This document shows positions 57,001-64,000 of a DNA stretch of 64,000 nucleotides, piece after piece. This DNA comes from Marsupella aquatica (lineage: Eukaryota > Plantae > Marchantiophyta), in NCBI GenBank assembly GCA_973895155.1, contig OZ316898.1, forward strand, positions 8,729,079 through 8,793,078, read 5' to 3'. The notes below the pieces were generated by a model. The model had not been told where the DNA came from and ran no database searches. It was given only the letters and a program-made list of their open reading frames with translations. The position numbers and the translations under genes were made by a program. Every line of letters starts with the position of its first letter. Positions within the stretch are counted from its first letter, which is position 1.

Positions 57001-57643
57001 CCTGGTGATCCTGGCAGTTGAGGTTGTAATGTGAAGGACTAGGTAGCTTACTGCTCACCCTAGTCTTTCCTACGCTGTGAAGGCACCTTGACAGACTGGA
57101 GGCATCGTTGATCCACAAGAAGCAAAATGAATTGAACCTGCAAAAGAATATTGCAGACCTTAGCAGCAAGCGCCTTGAAGTACGCAGTTCACAAGCTGCG
57201 CTGTGGCCTAAGCAGGTGATGAATCTTTGTTGACTTGAATTGGAATGAGGGGATCTTGCTTAGTGAACAGTAAAATTCTCCTGGCAAAGGCAAATCACAA
57301 AGTGTAAAGTTCTGTGGCTGGGCATTGTGTTACCCGAGCTAGCGTTCATGAGATCTGGCTGGCGTAGACAATGTTTTCAGATGTTCAGCTTGGTTATCAT
57401 TTTGAGTTGTGTCGGACGGAGCTCAATTGAAGGAACGCGATAAAACGTAGCAGTGTTGAAGACACTTAGAAGACTAGCCAACGGCTCCCTCAAACTGACT
57501 CGTCGACCTGTTGTTTGCAGGAGTCCACTATCGAAAGAACGTTGGCTGTCAAGCGACTTGTAGAGAGTATTTTGTCCACACAATACAATGGACGCAAAGT
57601 AAATATTATTGGAGAGATCAACACTTTGCTGGGACAAACTTAG
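54041..57643 (+). CDS. CDK5RAP3: CDK5RAP3-like protein (C53, UFMylation/ER-phagy receptor), ~10 exons
   Basis: LPIDIAYNKL|DWLVDRRKVPPDWRK, GYLEAKNI..NLFGR, YEKDPIFLGEAAQIMVQ, shuffled ATG8-interacting motifs IDWG/IDWN/ISWD/INWD, NRLLDDLFE, RKVNIIGEIN; stop TAG 57641-57643. Confidence 0.92.
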
Positions 57644-58558
57644 CGAATTGACTGCTGTCGACTGTGAATACCTTCATTTTGTGTCAATCATAGTCGGATC
57701 TGGTTCTGTTGGGTGGTCAAATGGCACCAGTGGACATATTCGGTTTGGTGATGTTTTGATTCAACCATCAGCAGACGATGCAGGTGGAACAACCATGCAG
57801 AAGGTGACAGGGAGCATCTCCATCCTGCAACTATTCTTGTAGCTGAGTAAGAAAGATCATAATAGGCAGAGGGAACAGTTTTGTAGCTCGCTAAGTCAGA
57901 TCACTACAGCGAGAAGACATCATTGCTTCACTAGTGGCCTACAGCGAAAGTATAGCTTCATGGAACTTTCGATCGACCAAGTCACGCTCTTTTGCGTTCT
58001 TTCATGCATGTCACGTCAAGACGAGATTGAAGCATCAGCGGGATAGAAACGGAGACAAAAGGCTAATTCACTCCAAGAATACGCCCAGAAAGAAAGGAGA
58101 CGATTCTTTTGAATTCCAATACTCAGTGTGGTGTTACGTTCTGTTCAGATCAGATTCAAGCGTCATGAGGATAGACCGAGACAAAGGCCACTGCACCGCA
58201 AGCAACGAATAACTCTGGTTACTTAAATACAACTTTGTTGCAACCGATGTGTATGAACTCCTGATTTGGACTCCCGATGTCCCCTCCAAATCAGAAGATC
58301 ATGAACTCTTTGTGTCATTTTTGTGCTGATAACAACTTTCGCATTTTGTTGCTACATTCCTCTCCCTTCTAAATCAAGAGTTCCCTTTTTTTGCTTTGTT
58401 ATCAGCATACACGTTTGATGTCTGATGGGAATAAGGGCTTTCTATTCGGTCTTCATCAAAGATCCTTGTATGTCCTCCCCATATGACAACTATTCCAACT
58501 GTGTAATGTGGGCTGACGAATCCAGGGTTCATCTACATTTGTTTATTTGAAATGAAGA

Positions 58559-58609
58559 CTATAGATGTCTCATTAATCCCTCATTGTGGGATTAATGAGA
58601 CATCTATAG
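58559..58609. repeat. Perfect 22-bp inverted repeat with 7-nt loop
   Basis: ctatagatgtctcattaatccc-tcattgt-gggattaatgagacatctatag. Confidence 0.95.
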
Positions 58610-59338
58610 CATATGGTCTGACAAATTAAGTGTTCATACATGTGCTTAGAGGCAAACAGGTCCCTTGTCTTTGCCCTTATTTATTTTATTTTTTACATTA
58701 TACAAACACATGTCTCATTGTGTTGTGGGATGCCTTATATGCATATGTGCATTATTGGATTTGGAGTGTCAAACTAAGAGTTTATTACCTTTGATTTTGA
58801 TGTGAAAAAATAGATAAAATGTCTGTCTCAATCAAGGTGATTCCAAAATGTTGCAGGGGGTGTCTTTTTGGCAGGCCCAGGACTGGGTTAAATTTTTCCA
58901 TGGTTTTGTGGGGATAACAAAACAGCTTTAGCGGGCAAGCGCTGCTCACTAGAGTCATTGCTGACCGGGCATTTCCCATAATGGGTGGGAATGCTCTAAC
59001 ATGCCTTGGATGAAGGACAAAAGTTAGTCTTGAGATTAATGATGCTAATCCACATTAATTAGCTCATAAGTGCTGCTTGCTGCCCACATGTGCTCCGCTT
59101 TTCAGGAGTGGCATTAGTTCTCATTGCCGTGTTGGTAATCACACATCTAAATGTGGTTGCATTCATTGATTGAAAGAAAAAAATTAAGATTATCACGGTA
59201 TGCAGGGGTGCCGTACATAGTATATGCCATATTTTGATGTGCAGTTATCGAGACCCTTCTCATTGGGGCTGGCCAGGTCTTGGGTAGTGGGCAGTATGGA
59301 TCCCAGTTTGAACTGATGGGCACTTTATGTGTTGCCGG

Positions 59339-59515
59339 ACACATAAGCTTGTCACATTACAACTCCAAAAGGGGTCAAATGATGCATATTTGCCAGTATT
59401 CTCTGGTCAGTCCCGAACTTTCCCGCGCCCCTCCCGGCCTTGCCCTACACATAAGCTCATCACATTACGGCGGCTCCAAAAAGGGTCAAATGACACATAT
59501 TCACCAGTATTCCCC
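59339..59515. repeat. Two ~65-bp imperfect direct repeats
   Basis: acacataagct..tcacattac...ctccaaaa.gggtcaaatga..catatt..ccagtatt twice. Confidence 0.8.
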
Positions 59516-60425
59516 AGTTGGTCCAGAACTATTTGATCCCCTCCCGGCCCGGTCCCGGGCTCCCCCTGGCTCCCCATCTCGGCCCAGTCCTAACCCTTCC
59601 CGGCTTGGTCCAGGCCCGGCCACCCCGCTCAGCCCTGCCACTCCACCCAGCCCGACCTGACCCCACTACCCGGCCGCAATCCTGACCTGGGTGACCGGGC
59701 GGTCAGGACGACCGGGTGTGACACATGACGGGTCCATACCCCTCATTTGCCAGGAATGTCCAAGCCGGGGTATGTATGTACTTGAAAATCTTAACAGGCC
59801 TGAAGATTCCCCTTGGACCTTAATTGCCTTGGTACCTCAAGAATGATAAAAACTACAGTAATAAAGTAGACTCTCAAAGTAGTCTTCACGTATGCCAGGT
59901 GTGCTTATTTTCATTTCCACACAACCCCTTTAGTTGCTTCACGACGACGTCATAATACATTCTGTAAAAGTATCCAGAAGCTATTACCGTTAAGCATAAG
60001 CTTCGTCGTCCGCGTGAATGTGTGATATTAAGAAACTGCGTCGGTGGTAACTGCGTCAAATCAGTGCTGACTTGGAAAGGCGCGTCACGAAGCCCGATAT
60101 CTACGTGGTTATCATCTGGATGACGCCCCAACGCCCTCCCGACACGTGGGCGGGAAAACGGGCCGACGGAAAGTATTTAAACTGATAGGTCAGGACTTCA
60201 AATACCTTCGACTTCATTGTCATTCTTTTCTTTGCTCTCGACTCTCGAGCTTTTTTCGAGCTTTTTTCGCAGTGTTCGTCGTGCGAAGTCGAGCGTTGCG
60301 TTTACTCGGAAAGGCTGATCATGGTCGCGCTCGTTTTCCGTTTGAAAAGCTGTGTTATTGTTACCGGTAGAGAAAAAAATTGATCGAGTGATCGCATCTA
60401 TGGCAGCGGCTTGCTCTTGTTGCGG

Positions 60426-60745
60426 TATTCACCCTAATTGGTGAGGTATCCAGGACAGGCCAGTGAAAGAAAGTACTGAACGAAGCTTGCGTTGCTCTGA
60501 AGCTTTAAACAGCGAGAGTAGGCTGATTTCGTGTGTTCACCCCCTGATTATTCGGGACAGGACAGTGAAGGAAAATATTGAAAGAGGCTGTCATTGCCTC
60601 GGACTTTTCGTTCGTGCAGGAGGTTCTGCCGTATCTCGGAGTTTCAAAACGCGACATCAGAGCGATTTCGTGTATTCGCCCTAATCGGTGAGGTATTCAG
60701 GACAGGAGTGAAGGAAAGTACTGTCATTGCCTCGGGCTTTTCGCT
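60426..60745. repeat. Imperfect repeats in the 5' region of the VID27-like gene
   Basis: gtattc.ccctaat.ggtgaggtat.caggacagg..gtgaa.gaaagtactg at ~60426 and ~60672, plus a partial copy at ~60535. Confidence 0.7.
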
Positions 60746-61003
60746 TCGAAACGCTGGTAGTGCCGGAGGTGCTGCCCTATCTCGAAGCTTGACAAAGCGA
60801 TAGCAGAGCTGATTGCGTGCATTGTCTGGTCGGTCTTCTCTCATCTGGTGGCAAGGAGAGCCTCACAGCCACCATTGTTTCAAATTCCCTTACTTGAGAC
60901 TTGAGACTTGAGAGGAAAGCTCAGTTCGCCGCGGCTCTTGAAGGTAGCAGCTCCTTAGGTTTGGAACTGAAACGCCGATCATTTTCGAAGTTTACGGTAA
61001 ACG

Positions 61004-62893
61004 ATGGGCAATGCAAATACTCGGGAGGGGTTTCTGGAGGATTCGGAGTCCGAAGACGAGTTTGAAGAGAGCGCACAGAGTTTTCACTCCGCCGACAATG
61101 GGGAGAAGAGTGCAATAGTCAAGAGGGTTCCAGGAACATTAGCGAGCCCTAGTACTGGTATGCCGAGCTCCAAGGGGAGGGCAGATATTCTGAGCCACAA
61201 ATTGGGTGGCCTCAAGTTGAGTCCAGGTCTTCCATCGACTCATAATCGAGCCAAGCTTTATTTCCACACGGGTGGAAGCACCACCAAATCCCAATGGACT
61301 GTTTATAACAAAGAGGTGCCCTGGGAGTTTGTAAAGGAGGAGGACGAAGATGATAGTGATGAAGAGGATGAGAGATGGAATTCTAAGAGGACCGGGAAGG
61401 AGCCGTGGGTGGATTGGGTGCTTAAAGTCGGAGACAAGGTGAGGGCCAGAGTCGATGATGGTCTCCAGATGCATTACTTCGACGACCAGTTGCGGGTGGA
61501 CTTCGTGTCGAAGGGTGTCTGGGCCATGAAATTCAAGAACAAGACTGATTACCAGCAATTTGTTCAGGAATTCCAGAATAGTAAATTTGAGAATGACTAT
61601 AGAATGAAGGCAACTGAAGCTAATAAGACCAAGGTGTTCGGCAAAGACTTCATGACCTGGGCAACTGGAGAGGACGCAGATGAGTCTATATGGGAAGACG
61701 CCGAAGACCACATTGATGAGCAGCAGGTGCAGCTGCAAAAGCGCAACAAGTTGAAACAAACGTACAATGAGGACTTGATAGGTGGAGCAAAGAGCCTCAC
61801 GATGGGAGCAGGGGACCTTAGCTTCTTGATTGGCAATTCGGGAATCGATGTTTTCAAGAACTCTGTAAATGGAATGCAAGGGAAGAGCATCTCGATGAAA
61901 TTTCCCGCAAGTGGTAATGACCCCTACTCGACACCCAAAAAAGGACTTTTGGTCAGAGGAGAGTCCAACATGATGCTCCTCAGCCCCAATAGCCGCTCCC
62001 AGGGAGTGAGCCAGCTGGATCTGGAAGCAGGTAAGGTCGTTTCCGAGTGGAAATTCCAGAAAGACGGTACACCGATAACCATGAAGGATCTGACGAATGA
62101 CAGCAAAGGAGCACAGCTCGGCTTGAGCTCTACTTTCCTAGGGTTAGACGATAATCAGCTCTGCCGATGGGATATGCGGGTACAGCAGGGCATCGTGCAG
62201 CAGCTTGCGAGCCCCACTGTGAACCTAGACTGGACAGAGGGACATCAGTTCTCCCGTGGAACGAATTTTAATTGCTTTGCTACCACAGGAGACGGAGCAG
62301 TGGTTGTGGGTTCCAGAGATGGCAAAGTTCGCTTGTATGGGACGACCTCCATGCGCCAGGCTAAGACCGCGTTCCCGGGATTGGGCTCTCCTATCACCCA
62401 TGTTGATGTCACTTACGATGGGAAGTGGATTCTGGCTACAACTGACACGTACATGATCCTCATCAGCACCCTCTTTAAAGACAAGGATGGGAAGACGAAG
62501 ACTGGATTCACGGGCAGGATGGGAAGCCGCATCGCAGCACCCCGCCTGCTCAAGCTGAATCCAGTGGATGCACATGCTGCCGGCGAGCATAAGTTCAGCG
62601 CTGGCCAGTTCTCGTGGGTAACAGAATCTGGGAAGCAAGAACGTCATTTAGTGGCATCTGTTGGCACTTTCTCAGTTGTTTGGGATTTTCAGAGGGTTAA
62701 ACAAACAGACCACGAGTGCTACAGACACGAAAAGGGCCTCAAGAGCTGCTATTGTTACGAAATTGTACCGAAGGACGAGTCCATCGTTGAAAGCAGATTC
62801 ATGAACGATACGTTCCACTCAATTTCTTCTCCTGAAGCACCACTAGTTGTAGCTACCCCCAAGAAGATCTCCTCTTATTATCTTGAGATGTAA
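61004..62893 (+). CDS. VID27: VID27/CYPRO4-like protein (PH-like + beta-propeller), intronless
   Basis: 629-aa [82 protein letters not shown]; MG N-terminus (possible myristoylation). Confidence 0.92.
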   Translation: MGNANTREGFLEDSESEDEFEESAQSFHSADNGEKSAIVKRVPGTLASPSTGMPSSKGRADILSHKLGGLKLSPGLPSTHNRAKLYFHTGGSTTKSQWTVYNKEVPWEFVKEEDEDDSDEEDERWNSKRTGKEPWVDWVLKVGDKVRARVDDGLQMHYFDDQLRVDFVSKGVWAMKFKNKTDYQQFVQEFQNSKFENDYRMKATEANKTKVFGKDFMTWATGEDADESIWEDAEDHIDEQQVQLQKRNKLKQTYNEDLIGGAKSLTMGAGDLSFLIGNSGIDVFKNSVNGMQGKSISMKFPASGNDPYSTPKKGLLVRGESNMMLLSPNSRSQGVSQLDLEAGKVVSEWKFQKDGTPITMKDLTNDSKGAQLGLSSTFLGLDDNQLCRWDMRVQQGIVQQLASPTVNLDWTEGHQFSRGTNFNCFATTGDGAVVVGSRDGKVRLYGTTSMRQAKTAFPGLGSPITHVDVTYDGKWILATTDTYMILISTLFKDKDGKTKTGFTGRMGSRIAAPRLLKLNPVDAHAAGEHKFSAGQFSWVTESGKQERHLVASVGTFSVVWDFQRVKQTDHECYRHEKGLKSCYCYEIVPKDESIVESRFMNDTFHSISSPEAPLVVATPKKISSYYLEM

Positions 62894-64000
62894 TTTCTTC
62901 GTGGGTATTTGTTTGTACCAATTAGGCACACATTGCAGGGTTGACAGATTCCTCGTGACCAACTCGGTAAGTGAAGGCCAGGGCTTTGTTGACCCCACAC
63001 CTGTGATGCTGCACATCGTCCCTCTGGTGTAGACGTCGCTCTGATGCTTCTAACCATGTTAACCGGAGACGAGGTGAAGGAAACTATGATGGGATGATGT
63101 GGACAGGATAATCATGGATGCGGAGAAATCCTCCATCCTAATCAGGGTGAATGGTGCCGGCTACCGAAAGTCTCTGTTGAGATGTAAAGTGTACGTTCTC
63201 TTGTGATTGAGTAGGTCTTAGTTGTGTAGGCCAGCAGATCAGCGTTTCTCAATTGATAAGTCTTGTTGTGAATCATGTAGTCAATAGGGGCCGATGCCTA
63301 CAGCGACATTCCTGCTGAGCTGTGTTTGTCAATGATAGATTGTGTTAGCCTGTTGAGAGCAGTGATGATTATCTGTCTCGTGGTAGACCAATGACAAACC
63401 TGACCAAGCTGGAAAAACAATGTAAAATACATGCTCGTAAAGAAAGTCTCGAAATGGTTCGGCGTGTTAAATTCGCAAAATCTGTCAAGAAGCACTGAAG
63501 TTTTTGACTCTTGGCTACCGAAGCTTGATGAAGGAGCAGCAGAATTCAAGCGACGGAGCCATGCTTGCTTGCGTGAGTGATTTCACTTTAGGGTATGGAC
63601 AACTTCCACGGTTCAAAGAAAATCTCGAAACTCAGCTTACGAAACAGTTGTGAGGGGAACTCGCAGCGTGCTGTACCACGCGTTTTCTCGGTCGTTAGAC
63701 ATTCCTGGTCTTGATGGTTTCCTTTTTCGCTTAGAACCCCGGGTGTCGCTGATTTCTCGTTCGTTAGACAGTCTTGGTCATTTCTTGCTCTTATCTTTAG
63801 AGTCGTCGTCTCGATGAGTTTCTTTAGAGACTCTTGGACTTTCTGTTTTCCCCCACGAAACCCGTCCCGGTTTCGACCTTGTTTCTTCCTTAGGTGATCC
63901 TGATCTTGTGGAGTCTCCTTTTCTAAGTACTCGTGAATTCCTTTTGTTTCTTGGCACACTCTTCCTGCAGAACGAAGCTGTGTCCAGAAGTGGTGGGAGA

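Noticed and set aside
63588-63959. Minus-strand 123-aa ORF with an internal DQxCLTxEK repeat
   Set aside because: No recognisable domain and next to the window edge; it may be the end of a gene outside the window but cannot be supported here.

Overview
Eukaryotic land-plant nuclear DNA; the gene set and sequence style suggest a non-seed plant such as a bryophyte or liverwort (inference). The left ~27.5 kb is nested mobile DNA. (i) A degenerate multi-exon gene (~1172-7624) whose segments resemble a ParB/Srx-like domain, a beta-class N4C/N6A DNA methyltransferase fold with a degenerate catalytic motif, and an FCP1/NIF phosphatase domain; two of its predicted introns hold about 12 copies of a 21-bp palindrome. 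(ii) A ~3.86-kb solo LTR on the minus strand (8079-27480, TSD ATGAA) containing a long disrupted ORF. (iii) Inserted into that solo LTR, a young 15.5-kb non-chromovirus Ty3/Gypsy element (8280-23821, TSD GGAAT). Its 4,660-bp LTRs each carry an intact ~1,200-codon sense ORF homologous to the solo-LTR ORF, and its protease/RT junction has a candidate -1 frameshift signal (G_GAU_UUU plus pseudoknot). The right ~36 kb is ordinary genic DNA: a CPL4-like CTD phosphatase, a TIC55 Rieske protein, an intronless LRR receptor kinase with a WAK-like kinase domain, CDK5RAP3/C53 and VID27/CYPRO4, separated by local tandem repeats. All calls were made by eye without searches; exon boundaries are predictions.
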